From Candidatus Poribacteria bacterium (GTDB lineage: Bacteria > Poribacteria > WGA-4E > WGA-3G), in contig OZ251518.1 in NCBI GenBank assembly GCA_965242965.1, positions 5,248,001-5,312,000 on the forward strand: 64,000 nt of DNA. The letters are read 5' to 3'. The notes beneath the pieces were generated by a model. That model was not told where the DNA came from, searched no databases, and saw only the letters and a program-made list of their open reading frames with translations. This document shows, in pieces, positions 10,577-20,798 of this stretch. Position 1 is the first letter of the stretch; each line of letters begins with the position of its first letter. A program made the translations under genes and the position numbers.

Positions 10577-12049
10577 CTAATTCTCCGGTCGCATCTGTGG
10601 AAACAGGATGACATCCCGAATGGCGTGTTGGTTTGTGAGCAACATCGTCAGCCTGTCAATACCGATGCCGAGTCCGCCTGTTGGCGGCATTCCGTATTCC
10701 AGGGCGCGGAGGTAGTCTTCGTCCAACATGAACGCCTCTTCGTCGCCGCGCTCCAGCCGATTTGCCTGCTCCATGAAGCGTTGCCGCTGATCTACCGGGT
10801 CATTTAGTTCGCTAAAGGCGTTGCCAACTTCCATCCCGCAGACGAAAAATTCAAAGCGTTCCACGAATTCGGGATTATTGGGTTTCTTCTTCGCGAACGG
10901 CGATACCTCAAGCGGGTAATCGGTGATGAACGTTGGCTGAATCAGTTTTGGCTCGACAAATTCATCGAAGAGTTCGGCGATGATTTCACCTTTGGATTCA
11001 TCGCCAGCCAAAGCGACACCGGCGTTAATTGCCTCCGTGTAAAGTTCATCGGATGACAGAGATACGGAATCAATGCCGCTGTGCTCCCGAACGGCATCTA
11101 CCATAGTGAGCCTGCGCCAAGGCGGCGTGAAATCGATTTCATGCTCTTGATATGGAATCTTCATTGTCCCATGGACGCGCGCCACCGTCTGCGCGATGAG
11201 CGTCTCTGTCAACTCCATGATTTGGAGATAGTCGGCGTAAGCCTGATAGAGTTCAAGCATCGTAAATTCGGGGGAATGATTCCTGTCTATCCCTTCATTT
11301 CGGAAGTCGCGGGAGAATTCATAAACCCTGTCAAACCCGCCGACGATGAGCCGCTTGAGGTAAAGTTCGTTTGCGATGCGCAGATAGAGTGCTTGTTCCA
11401 AGGTATGGTGATACGTTGTAAATGGTCTCGCGCTTGCACCGCCATAAATCGGCTGTAGCACCGGTGTCTCCACTTCAATAAAACGTTGCGCGTTGAGCAT
11501 GTCCCGAAGTGCTTGGACAATCTGTGTCCGCTTGATAAAGACGTTTTTGACTTCTGGGTTCATGATAAGATCAGCGTAACGTTGTCGATAACGCGTCTGT
11601 TTGTCTTGCAAGCCGTGCCATTTTTCGGGTAGCGGCCGGAGCGACTTGGCGAGCAGCTGCACCACCTCAGCGAGGATGGTGAGTTCTCCGGTGCGCGTTC
11701 GGAAAACTACGCCTTCAACGCCGATGATGTCGCCGATGTCAAACCGGCGGTAAACCCGATAGGGTTCCGGGTCGACTTTATCGCGTCGGACGTAGATTTG
11801 GATGCGTCCATCGGTATCTTGTAGGTGCGCGAAGCTGCTTTTGCCGTGGTCGCGCTTAGTCATGATGCGTCCGGCGAGTCGGATGCGTTGCGTTTCGTCA
11901 GGTGTTTCTTGCACTTCGGCGAAGTCCCGGTGAATCGCCGCAGTGGTGTGCGTCGGTTCATATTGATGCGGATACGGGTTCACGCCGAGTTCGCGAATTT
12001 CGTTGAGTTTGTCGCGGCGTTGCTGAATGAGTGCTTTTGTTTCTTCCAA
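10577..12049 (-). CDS. lysS: Lysyl-tRNA synthetase class II
   Basis: RYRQRYADL, FRNEGID and YGMPPTGGLGIGIDRL motifs. Confidence 0.97.
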   Translation of the reverse strand: MEETKALIQQRRDKLNEIRELGVNPYPHQYEPTHTTAAIHRDFAEVQETPDETQRIRLAGRIMTKRDHGKSSFAHLQDTDGRIQIYVRRDKVDPEPYRVYRRFDIGDIIGVEGVVFRTRTGELTILAEVVQLLAKSLRPLPEKWHGLQDKQTRYRQRYADLIMNPEVKNVFIKRTQIVQALRDMLNAQRFIEVETPVLQPIYGGASARPFTTYHHTLEQALYLRIANELYLKRLIVGGFDRVYEFSRDFRNEGIDRNHSPEFTMLELYQAYADYLQIMELTETLIAQTVARVHGTMKIPYQEHEIDFTPPWRRLTMVDAVREHSGIDSVSLSSDELYTEAINAGVALAGDESKGEIIAELFDEFVEPKLIQPTFITDYPLEVSPFAKKKPNNPEFVERFEFFVCGMEVGNAFSELNDPVDQRQRFMEQANRLERGDEEAFMLDEDYLRALEYGMPPTGGLGIGIDRLTMLLTNQHAIRDVILFPQMRPEN

Positions 12050-12218
12050 CGGTTCTCCCTCCTTTCGTTTTGTCTGCTTTAATTATACCTTAATTTTCAT
12101 GATATGTCAACAGAAAAATGAAAGATGTCAAATAACAGGCTATAGTTTGGGCGCGCCCGAGCCGAAGCACGGCGAGGGACAGGTTTTCGCTGCGCTCCGG
12201 CTCGCGCAGGTTATCCTG

Positions 12219-13323
12219 CTATTTCTGTTGTGCTTTCATCTTGAGGTAACCCTCAATGAAAGGGTCCAACGCGCCATCCAACACCGCGTTGACATTGCCG
12301 GTTTCAACGTTTGTTCGGACATCCTTGACGCGCTGGTAAGGATGCAGGACATAAGAGCGGATCTGGCTGCCGAAGTTAATATCGGGACGCGCGCTGCGCT
12401 GCTTAGCAAGTTCAGCCTCGCGTTCTTCGCGGTACCGTTCGTGGAGGCGCGAGCGCAACAGTTTCATCGCAATCTCGCGATTTTTGTGCTGCGAACGTTC
12501 ATTTTGGCACTGCACGACAATGCCGGTAGGCTTGTGCGTAATCCGAACGGCAGAATCGGTGACGTTGACATGCTGTCCGCCCGCGCCGCTGGCGCGATAG
12601 CAATCAATGCGAAGTTCATCCTCGTGGATATCCACCTCCACCGTGTCGTCAATTTCAGGCGTAACGTCAATTGCGGCGAAGGAGGTATGCCGGCGGTTGT
12701 TAAAGTCATAAGGAGACAACCGGACGAGCCGATGGACTCCCGCTTCGGCTTGCAGATAGCCGTAGACATCAGCGCCTGCGACGAGAATGGTTGCACCCTT
12801 AATGCCCCCTTCATTGTCAGTGGTTATATCCACAATTTCAGTTTTGTAGCCGCGAGTGTCGCACCATCGGAGATACATCCGCATCAGCATTTCCGCCCAA
12901 TCCTGCGCGTCTACACCACCTGCGCCGGCGTGTATACTGAGAATAGCGTTGTTTTCATCAAACTCGCCGGTGAGCATTAAGCGAAGTTCCATCGTCTCTA
13001 ACCGGGTTGCCGCCGCCGCCAATCCGCTGGAGATTTCGGTGTGTAAGGTGGCATCGTTCTCCTCAATGGCGAGTTCCAGCAAGGTTTCAAGTTCTTCGAT
13101 CTCGCCGCTCAGTTTTTCATAATCGGCGATTTCCTCTCGGAGGAAGGCGATGCGCTGGTTCACCTTTTGGACACGCTGCGGCTTCTTCCAAAAATCGGGC
13201 GCGAGCGCGTCTTCTTCCAACCTCGCCAATTCCTTCTGTTTTTCAGCCAGGTCAAAGATAGCCTCGGATTTCAAGGAGCCGAGCGTGCATCTCTTCGGCC
13301 TGGGTTTTCAGTTCTACGAGCAT
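12219..13323 (-). CDS. prfB: Peptide chain release factor 2 with programmed +1 frameshift
   Basis: ATG 13323 opens MLVELK...RGYL, followed by CTT TGA C (13257-13251); SPY and GAGGQ motifs are in the +1 frame. Confidence 0.96.
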
Positions 13324-15057
13324 TTAATTTTTTCTCCGTTCATAAATTATCCACGCGAACCCCCCAACGCAGAGGATGGCGCAGGAGATTGGAAACCAGT
13401 CGCCGTAGCGCGTGTAAAGCGTTTGTCCATCTTGCGTCAATAGAGGCACGCGAGCGACGAGCACTTCTTCGGTGGTGTTTGGTGTTATCAGCGGCGTTAT
13501 CGTCCTTCCGAATTTGTCGACAATGCATGAAATGCCGCCGTTCGCGCAGCGGAAGATGGCAATCCTATTCTCCACAGCACGGAAAGGTGCCATGGAGAGA
13601 TGCTGTTCCGGGAACGCCGTTCCGACGAACCACGCATCGTTAGTGAGGATGCCCATCACCTGCGCGCCTTCTTGGACGAATTTGCGAAAATGAGCTGGGA
13701 AAACAGACTCAAAGCAAATCGCAACGCCTAGGTTGATATTTTCAGTGCCTCTTCTTTTAACGCCTCTTCTTTTAACGCCTCTTCTTTTAACGTTTGACAG
13801 CGGTAAAAGGTTTACTTTTTTTCCCGGCACAAACGGTTCAAAGAGGATAAAGTTTGGGACAAAGTCAGGAATAAACCGCCGCAAAGGCACATATTCCCCG
13901 AAAGGGACAAGATGCATTTTGTCATACTGCCCGAGTTCCTTGACTTGCGGTGAGAGCAAAAAGACGCTGTTGAAAAGTTTTTTTGATGCATCGCGATGGG
14001 TTGTCCCTAGCAGGAACGGAATCCCTGTCTCCTGCAGCAGCCGCCGAAACCTGCCGTGATAGGTTGGCCAATCGCCTGTCACGACTTTTTCTCTCACCGC
14101 GGTTTCGGGCCACACAATAAGCTCGGGGAGCTCGGGTGACGCTGTGCTTGCTTGCCGCGTCAGCGTTATATAGCGGTGCAATATGGCTGGAACTTCGTTA
14201 CGGTTCCATTTTTGTAGTTGCGGAATGTTCCCCGGGACGAGCGCGACGTTTAAACTGTTCTGATTTGCATCCGCGCTTTGGACGCGCGCCTCTTCTGATT
14301 GCAATTGCAAAACGCCGTAAGCGAAGCAGGCAAGCGTTACAATGAGCGGCACTACCGTTGCTGGCATCTGTAACAACTTGAAGAAACCTGCACGGTGAGG
14401 GACAGGTTTCTCGCGCGATACGGTATGAAAAGCGTTGAAAATTACAGTCGCGATACCGGCGTTGAATAGCACGATGACGAAACTTACGCCGTGCACACCG
14501 AATATGGACGCTATCTGTATCATCGACAGATTGTTCCACTGCGAATAGCCGATGCTTCCCCATGGAAACCCGGTTATCATCCAACTCCGCACCCATTCAA
14601 GGGCTGTCCAGATACAGGCGGCTGCGATAGGAAATAGCACACCGGCGCGCCAGGGTAGCACGTGAATTAGCGCGGCAAATACCGCAAAATAGAGCGCGGT
14701 ATAGCCAACGAGAAGCAGGTATCCGAGCAAGGTAGCGGCGATGTTCGCATACGGATAGAGGAGCAAGATGGCGAGAAGCGTTCCTGCGAAAAAGAGGAAG
14801 CCCGTTAAATAGCCGATACCGAAAGCGGATTTCCAACTTTTCGCATGCGTCATCGCGACGAAAAGCGGCACTAGTGCAATCCAAGCCAGCGGAAAAAGAT
14901 TTGCATTCGGGAAGCTGCAAAACAGCAAAACCGCCGAGAGTATCGCGAGTATCCAATGTTGGTAGCGTTTGACAAAATCTTTCGTAGGGTTACCCTCCAA
15001 AGGGATTCGGAAGAACAGATATGCAAACTGTCTGTCCGGATTGCTAGTTCTCCTCAC
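13324..15057 (-). CDS. lnt: Apolipoprotein N-acyltransferase (start uncertain)
   Basis: GFPW, WPETA, YDKMHLVPFGEY, ICFES and TNDAWF motifs. Confidence 0.93.
   Translation of the reverse strand: MRRTSNPDRQFAYLFFRIPLEGNPTKDFVKRYQHWILAILSAVLLFCSFPNANLFPLAWIALVPLFVAMTHAKSWKSAFGIGYLTGFLFFAGTLLAILLLYPYANIAATLLGYLLLVGYTALYFAVFAALIHVLPWRAGVLFPIAAACIWTALEWVRSWMITGFPWGSIGYSQWNNLSMIQIASIFGVHGVSFVIVLFNAGIATVIFNAFHTVSREKPVPHRAGFFKLLQMPATVVPLIVTLACFAYGVLQLQSEEARVQSADANQNSLNVALVPGNIPQLQKWNRNEVPAILHRYITLTRQASTASPELPELIVWPETAVREKVVTGDWPTYHGRFRRLLQETGIPFLLGTTHRDASKKLFNSVFLLSPQVKELGQYDKMHLVPFGEYVPLRRFIPDFVPNFILFEPFVPGKKVNLLPLSNVKRRGVKRRGVKRRGTENINLGVAICFESVFPAHFRKFVQEGAQVMGILTNDAWFVGTAFPEQHLSMAPFRAVENRIAIFRCANGGISCIVDKFGRTITPLITPNTTEEVLVARVPLLTQDGQTLYTRYGDWFPISCAILCVGGFAWIIYERRKN
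13748..13792. repeat. In-frame 15-bp tandem repeat x3 (VKRRG) within lnt
   Basis: CCTCTTCTTTTAACG repeated three times. Confidence 0.9.
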
Positions 15058-15466
15058 TCAATCTTGAAAGCAGTTGGTGAGGCGTGAGGACAGGCATCGG
15101 GCTTCCGGTGAATCCCGAAGAATCGCGGGTGACAATGCAGTCAAGTTGCAGGCTCATCGCGCAGGCAATTTGCAGATTGTCCTCAAAATCGTTGCCTTCC
15201 AGCATTATCGCCGCTTCCAATTCATCTGCCCCAACTGTGATAATAGACAGTTGATTCAAAGTGGCTTGAACCAACTCCCATGCTCTCTCGCGCCCTGCTT
15301 GGCGGCGCGTGACGTAAAATACGTCAGTCAGCGAAGTCGCGGTGACGTAGGCAACAAATTGCCCATCAAGATCGGCTTGCATGATGGCACCGGCATCGGT
15401 TTCCCAGGGAGCCCGTTCAAGCAGCGCGTCAAGAATCACATTGGTATCCAACAGTGCGTGAATCAT
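15044..15466 (-). CDS. PIN-domain (VapC-like) toxin
   Basis: LLDTNVILD, DFEDNLQIACA and IVTRD motifs; ATG overlaps the upstream TGA. Confidence 0.85.
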   Translation of the reverse strand: MIHALLDTNVILDALLERAPWETDAGAIMQADLDGQFVAYVTATSLTDVFYVTRRQAGRERAWELVQATLNQLSIITVGADELEAAIMLEGNDFEDNLQIACAMSLQLDCIVTRDSSGFTGSPMPVLTPHQLLSRLSEEN

Positions 15467-15699
15467 CCGTATTTTTTCAGTCGCTCCTCTTCGATGATTT
15501 TCCTGCATTCCTCGTCGGTGGGTGGAGGATTGCCTGTCCTTACAATTGCGCGCATCTCTTCCAGCGTCATCGTCTTTGGCGGTTTTGGGGGCCTCGGTGG
15601 CACGACTGTCTCTAGAATGCGCCGAGCGAGCTCAATTCTCACGTCAGCATCCCACTGCCGCACGTGATGAACTATCTCAAAAATCTGTTTGGAATCCAT
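15463..15699 (-). CDS. Putative antitoxin
   Basis: 78 aa; ATGA-coupled to the PIN gene; C-terminus PPTDEECRKIIEEERLKKYG. Confidence 0.7.
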   Translation of the reverse strand: MDSKQIFEIVHHVRQWDADVRIELARRILETVVPPRPPKPPKTMTLEEMRAIVRTGNPPPTDEECRKIIEEERLKKYG

Positions 15700-15749
15700 A
15701 TTCTGAAACTCCTTTCGTTATTGGGTTAACAGCAAGTGTATCATCTCCT

Positions 15750-16251
15750 CCGCGCTCCGGAAAAAAACGGCACTTCACCGTAGGGCTTGGGCCCTCGCAT
15801 GCCACACGCGCATCCGAGCGGGTTTCCCTCGCCATGCCTCGCGCAATCCAACGCGCGCTACGAAAAAAACGCTTCCCCTCATCGTAGGGCGAGGGCCTGT
15901 CCCTCGCCATCGCTCGCGCGCCCCAGGCTCTGTAGTTCAGGAGCACCCGCTCCTGAACCGTTTGTGATCAGGCGATCACAAACTACAGACGGGAAACACA
16001 TCGGGACGATAGGGATCGCGGGGGCCTGTCCCCCGCGCTACGAAAAAAAACGCCGCTCGCGCGCTCCAACGCTCGCGGGGGACAGGCCCCCGCGCTACGA
16101 AAAAAACGCTTCCCCTCATCGTAGGGCGAGGGCCTGTCCCTCGCCATCGTTCGATCTCTCCAACGCTCGCGGGGGACAGGCCCCCGCGCTACGGGAACAT
16201 CGAGACCAGGAGGTCTCTCCTACCGAACGCATCGAAATATGAAACACCCTC
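15750..16251. repeat. REP mosaic with right-hand TIR only
   Basis: GTAG-REP modules; ATGAAACACCCTC ends at 16251. Confidence 0.85.
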
Positions 16252-16289
16252 GTTTAAATAGGATACCACGACGTGACAAAAATGTCAAC

Positions 16290-18398
16290 TCAAAAAATAT
16301 CCGCCTTTAACAAATGCGCAATCTTCACAAACACAATCCGCTCCCTCTCCCCATCGACATCGCGGTTGTCATTGTAGACGACAAAGAAATTGCTCTCTGG
16401 ACGATATTCATACGCGAAGAGCCCGAAGACACGGCGTTCCTGCTCTAACGTAAATTCCGCGCTGACTCTCGCGTACATCCGCTGCGCAAACTGATAACTG
16501 ACGATGAAACGGCGCGTCCATTCCGAAAGCCGCCACTGTGCGGCATCCGGTTCGCGTTCATGGAGACGTTGGAGGATGAACTCACAGCTGAGTTTCGGCG
16601 TGGGACGAATCGTAATCTCCGGTCGGATGAAGAACGTATCCCGATTATCGCGCACGCCGAATGTGCCGGTGTTCCGAATCTGGACATATTTCGGCGGGAA
16701 CCACCCGGCGAAAAAGCGGACTGTCCTGTCCGTAAACGGTTCATTCTCATCGTTCATGTGATAATACCATTCCGGGCCGAGGAGAAAAAAGAAATCTTTC
16801 ACGCCGAGCAGGCCGCTCACATTCGCGCGGTGGTTCGTCAGTTCACCGGCATGGTTTTCAAGCCGTTCATAAGTTGCCTCGCCGCGGAGCCGCTCCAGCG
16901 CGCCTTTATACTGCTTGTTATAGCGGCTCCTCAAGACGAACCCACGTCTATCAATACGCGGGATAAAGCCGGTTTCGGGGTTAAAATTTTCGCCGATATC
17001 CGCGTAAATCGCCTCAAATGAAAATACATTCGTCCGCCGGTCCAACTGAATGAAGGCTAGGTTATCTGCCGTGCTTTCTGTCATGTCCAAGCCGCCTGCC
17101 TTCCATTCCCGCGCGTATTCCAAATTAAGATTCATATCGGCGGGTAGCCGAATGCGCGCATCCATGCCGCCTGCCCTATCGTAGACACCCCCGCGCTGTT
17201 TGTTTACGCCTAGCACACCGACAGAGGAGGTTTTTCCTAACTCCCGTTGCAACCGAAAAACGGTGTAGTTATAGTCATTAAGAGGCAAGTCTCCCGTCTC
17301 AAGCTCCTTATCTTTATCCTCCGGACCGGCGATGGCTCCCATCAAGGCGATATTGTAATCGCTAACCTTGCCGATGACTTTCCCGCCGCCGACCAGGTTT
17401 TCGACGCGGCGGCTATAGAACAGATCGAGCGGCATTTGGAAGAGTTCGTTTCCTTCAAGAAAAAAGGGACGTTTTTCCGGGAAACGGAGTGGGATATCGG
17501 TTAAATTGACAAGATCCGGGTCTGCCTCAATTTGAGCGAAATCGGGATTGAGCGTCACATCCACCGTGAAATCGGTGCTAGGATACCGCACGTCAATGCC
17601 CGCGTCTGCCTTCATACTGATTGGTTCATCATCGATTTGTTGCGGTTTCAAGGTGGTATAAGGTTTGAATTTCAGGGGACGCTTCGTCACCAATTCGGTA
17701 ATCGGCATCCCGGTCAGCCTTCCAAACCGAGAGACAGCGTATTGGCGTTCGCCCAGGTCTGCCCAGGTCTGCTCTTCGCCGAGAGCTTCATCGTTTCGCC
17801 AGAAGTTGATGCCCCATGTTGTGGCTGTCGGTTCCTTTGGAAAGCGGAGTGATGCAAACGGAATGGCGAGTTCGGCTATCCACTTGTCAGCCTCTTTCGC
17901 GGCTTGTCCTGTCCATTCGCAGTCCCATGAAATGGCGGTGCCGATTTGAGACGAGCCGGTGCGTCGGTTCGCGCCTTCATTCGTGAGCCGCCGGTCCGTC
18001 TGCGTGCCGAGTGGATTCAAGGCGAACGCGTAGCAGTTGCGGTTGTCGAGAAAGGTATCAATGAGGATTTCGACGTGATCATCGGAGAAAAAGAACGAGT
18101 CGCGCCGCGTCTGATTCGCCGCGAGGTTGTGCATATCGTTCTTGAAGCATTCAAAAGCGACGTAGAGATTATTCGCATCGTGTGTGAGATAAACGGTGGT
18201 TGCCTGCGTGGCTTGCGCGCCTCGCTGCGGCTCAAATTGAATGAACTGTCCTGTTTGAGATGCGTGCTGCCAACAGGCATCGTCAAGTTTCCCATCGATG
18301 TTCGGGGGTGTTTCAGTTGAGACAGCGTTAATCTCTCGGCCCGCGGCGGCTATGCTGCAGAGACAGAAGATGCCGAGGATGCTAAGTGCGATTTTCAT
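16290..18398 (-). CDS. CBM9-like/DUF5916 outer-membrane beta-barrel protein
   Basis: Signal peptide, PPNIDGKLDDACW, TLNPDFAQIEAD, FPEKRPFFLEG, terminal Phe. Confidence 0.8.
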   Translation of the reverse strand: MKIALSILGIFCLCSIAAAGREINAVSTETPPNIDGKLDDACWQHASQTGQFIQFEPQRGAQATQATTVYLTHDANNLYVAFECFKNDMHNLAANQTRRDSFFFSDDHVEILIDTFLDNRNCYAFALNPLGTQTDRRLTNEGANRRTGSSQIGTAISWDCEWTGQAAKEADKWIAELAIPFASLRFPKEPTATTWGINFWRNDEALGEEQTWADLGERQYAVSRFGRLTGMPITELVTKRPLKFKPYTTLKPQQIDDEPISMKADAGIDVRYPSTDFTVDVTLNPDFAQIEADPDLVNLTDIPLRFPEKRPFFLEGNELFQMPLDLFYSRRVENLVGGGKVIGKVSDYNIALMGAIAGPEDKDKELETGDLPLNDYNYTVFRLQRELGKTSSVGVLGVNKQRGGVYDRAGGMDARIRLPADMNLNLEYAREWKAGGLDMTESTADNLAFIQLDRRTNVFSFEAIYADIGENFNPETGFIPRIDRRGFVLRSRYNKQYKGALERLRGEATYERLENHAGELTNHRANVSGLLGVKDFFFLLGPEWYYHMNDENEPFTDRTVRFFAGWFPPKYVQIRNTGTFGVRDNRDTFFIRPEITIRPTPKLSCEFILQRLHEREPDAAQWRLSEWTRRFIVSYQFAQRMYARVSAEFTLEQERRVFGLFAYEYRPESNFFVVYNDNRDVDGERERIVFVKIAHLLKADIF

Positions 18399-18507
18399 AA
18401 GTTTTCTGGTTTGGGAGCCTCCTTTTTTACGTTGGGGGTATGGTATCAGATTTTGGGTTTTGTGTCAACTGTCGTTATCGGAGAAAAAAATAAATGCCAG
18501 TTGTTTC

Positions 18508-18660
18508 GTAGGGCGAGGGCCTGTCCCTCGCCATGCAACGATCGCGGGGGACAGGCCCCCGCGCTACGGTATGCAAGGCCGCCTCCCTTTCACCGTAGTG
18601 CGAGGGCCTGTCCCTCGCCGTGCAACGCTCGCGGGGGACAGGCCCCCGCGCTACGGACAA
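18508..18660. repeat. REP doublets
   Basis: Inverted pairs of GTAGGGCGAGGG and GTAGCGCGGGGG hairpins. Confidence 0.85.
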
Positions 18661-18705
18661 TGCAGCAACCATCCGCTTCACCACCGTGCTGATCTCCAAA
18701 AAAAC

Positions 18706-18909
18706 TTGACAAAAAACACCAAATTTGCTAAATTAAAATCACTTTCAACCATTTTTGGCAATTTTTCGCGGGAATTTGACACTTTTTTCGATTTTCCCGC
18801 AAAAAACTTGACAAAAAAACTGAAATTCGCTAAAATAAGACCAGGTTTAACGTTTTTAGCGAATTTCTCGCAAAAAAAATTTGACATTTATCACGTTTCC
18901 GTGTATAAT
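18706..18909 (+). promoter_or_regulatory. Three tandem sigma70-type promoters
   Basis: TTGACA-17-TAAATT (18706), TTGACA-17-TAAAAT (18808) and TTGACA-17-TATAAT (18881), each preceded by an A-tract. Confidence 0.75.
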
Positions 18910-18993
18910 TAATGCAAACGTGGTGATGCGCGTGAAAAAATCGCGCCACCATGCGCCTGAAATCCGCAAACTTGCTGAACAAGGAACAATACC

Positions 18994-19170
18994 GTGAACC
19001 AGCGAATTGATTATGCCATTGCGAAAAAGGTCACCGTAGACCTACCCGGGCCCCGCGAGATGCCGCACATCCCGTGCGCGTCTGGCCCGTTTGTCGCGCC
19101 ATCACGAGTTCCCGTTCACCTTAATGCCCAGAAGGGAGGCTCGACCCCCCCCTACACTCCCAGGCGTTAA
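18994..19170 (+). CDS. Putative 58-aa small protein
   Basis: AAGGAA ribosome-binding site, then GTG; MNQRIDYAIAKKVTVDLPGPREMPHIP...PPYTPRR; first ORF after the promoters. Confidence 0.35.
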   Translation: MNQRIDYAIAKKVTVDLPGPREMPHIPCASGPFVAPSRVPVHLNAQKGGSTPPYTPRR

Positions 19171-19525
19171 GCAAATCTTATTCACTTGACAGCGGCGACT
19201 TTTGTCGTCATGTTGTCTTCAACCCCGCACGCATTCTTTGCGTGGCGGGTTATTTTCGTTGCATCGGGGTTGTCCCAGTGCACGTTTTCCCTGCCGCATT
19301 ATCGGTTGCTCCCGTTTTCTTTGTTATTTCCCCTATTTGTCCCATTTCGCTGTTGCGCGCCGCAACCGCTGTTCTCCCATTTTTCAAAGGTGGGGCAAAC
19401 GGGGGAATCTCATTCTGCTCCCACGATAAGAGACTTCCTAATCCTGAAAATCCTGTAAATCCTGATTCAGACAACTGGCGGGGACGCGCCCCGCAAACTG
19501 ACGAAACATAAGGAGATTTAATCCA

Positions 19526-20314
19526 ATGAACAAAAACGTTTTCACTTTCACATTACTACTCGGCGTTTGCTGCCTTTTGGCAACTAGCCTCGCAGCAGCA
19601 CCGCGCGATACCGTGCGCATCACGCCCGCGCAGACGACACCCGCGGCCATCGGCGAACACGTGGTTTTCAACGTGGACATCGTCAGTCAACAGCCCATCG
19701 ATGCCTATCAGTTCACGCTGACGTTCGATCCGACGGCACTGCGCTACGTCTCAAACACCAACGGCGACTATTTGCCGGACGCGTTTGTGGCACCGGCGCA
19801 AGTCAAGGCGAGTCAGGTGACGCTGGTGGCGGTGTCGCTATCGGGCAGCAACATGGGAGAAGGCGCGCTTGCCTCCCTCACGTTTGAAGTGCTATCGCAA
19901 CCAACATCGCCGCTGACGTTCTCCGAGGTGTTGCTACCGGTGACGACAGGCGGACTTGCCGAACCGCAAGTGACTCAGAGCACCACGGGTGCAACGCTGT
20001 CGGAACTACGGCAGACGGTGCAAGAAACCGCCGTGTTGCCGAACTATCCGAACCCGTTCAATCCAGAGACGTGGATACCTTACCAACTCGCCGCCCCGGC
20101 CGAAGTAACGCTGTGCATCTATTCGATGCAGGGGGCACTCGTGCGGGAATTGGCGTTAGGGTATCAGGCATCCGGTGCCTATCAACACCGCTCTCGTGCC
20201 GCGTATTGGGATGGGAAAAACGCGCTCGGTGAGACGGTGGCAAGCGGTGTCTATTTCTATACGTTCACCGCCGGCGATTTTTCTGCAACCGGCAAGATGG
20301 TCATCATGAAATAG
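19526..20314 (+). CDS. Secreted cohesin-domain protein with FlgD-Ig/T9SS-like C-terminal domain
   Basis: AGGAG RBS, signal peptide, YQFTLTFDPTALRYV...G.G.LA.LTFEV, LPNYPNPFNPETWIPYQL...WDGKN..GE.VASGVYFY. Confidence 0.82.
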   Translation: MNKNVFTFTLLLGVCCLLATSLAAAPRDTVRITPAQTTPAAIGEHVVFNVDIVSQQPIDAYQFTLTFDPTALRYVSNTNGDYLPDAFVAPAQVKASQVTLVAVSLSGSNMGEGALASLTFEVLSQPTSPLTFSEVLLPVTTGGLAEPQVTQSTTGATLSELRQTVQETAVLPNYPNPFNPETWIPYQLAAPAEVTLCIYSMQGALVRELALGYQASGAYQHRSRAAYWDGKNALGETVASGVYFYTFTAGDFSATGKMVIMK

Positions 20315-20369
20315 CCGGTATCTTCATTGATACCGCAACGGTTAATGTTCCACGAATGCCAAAGAACCA

Positions 20370-20695
20370 GTAGGAGAGACCTCTGGTCTCGATTCTTCCC
20401 GGTAGGAGAGACCTCTGGTCTCGATGCGTTTCATATCGGGACAGGGATGTCCCTCCTACTGCAACAGGTGCGGTATCGGGACAAGGATGTCCCTCCTACT
20501 GCAACAGAGACAGGTGCGGTATCGGAACAGGGATGTCCCTCCTACTGCACAGCATCCGGTAGGAGAGACCTCTGGTCTCGATGCGTTTCATATCGGGACA
20601 GGGATGTCCCTCCTACTGCAACAGGTGCGGTATCGGGACAGGGATGTCCCTCCTACTGCACAAATACTGGTAGGAGAGCCCTTCCCGGTCTCGAT
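20370..20695. repeat. Tandem array of REP hairpins
   Basis: About five TATCGGGACAGGGATGTCCCTCCTAC units interleaved with GTAGGAGAGACCTCTGGTCTCG. Confidence 0.85.
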
Positions 20696-20798
20696 GCTGC
20701 ATTAATCATTTGGCAGATTCACAACTTCACGCCGCGGTGGAAGCGAGGATGCCTCGCGTCCATCGCTGGCAATTCTATTTTTTCATAAGGAGTCTATT

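Noticed and set aside
19180-19430. DGR template repeat on the minus strand (A-rich)
   Set aside because: No alignment to the VR and no GGSW/GFR-coding anchors.
20370-20695. CRISPR array
   Set aside because: The linkers are short and similar to each other rather than unique spacers, the repeats are GTAG-REP hairpins, and there are no cas genes.
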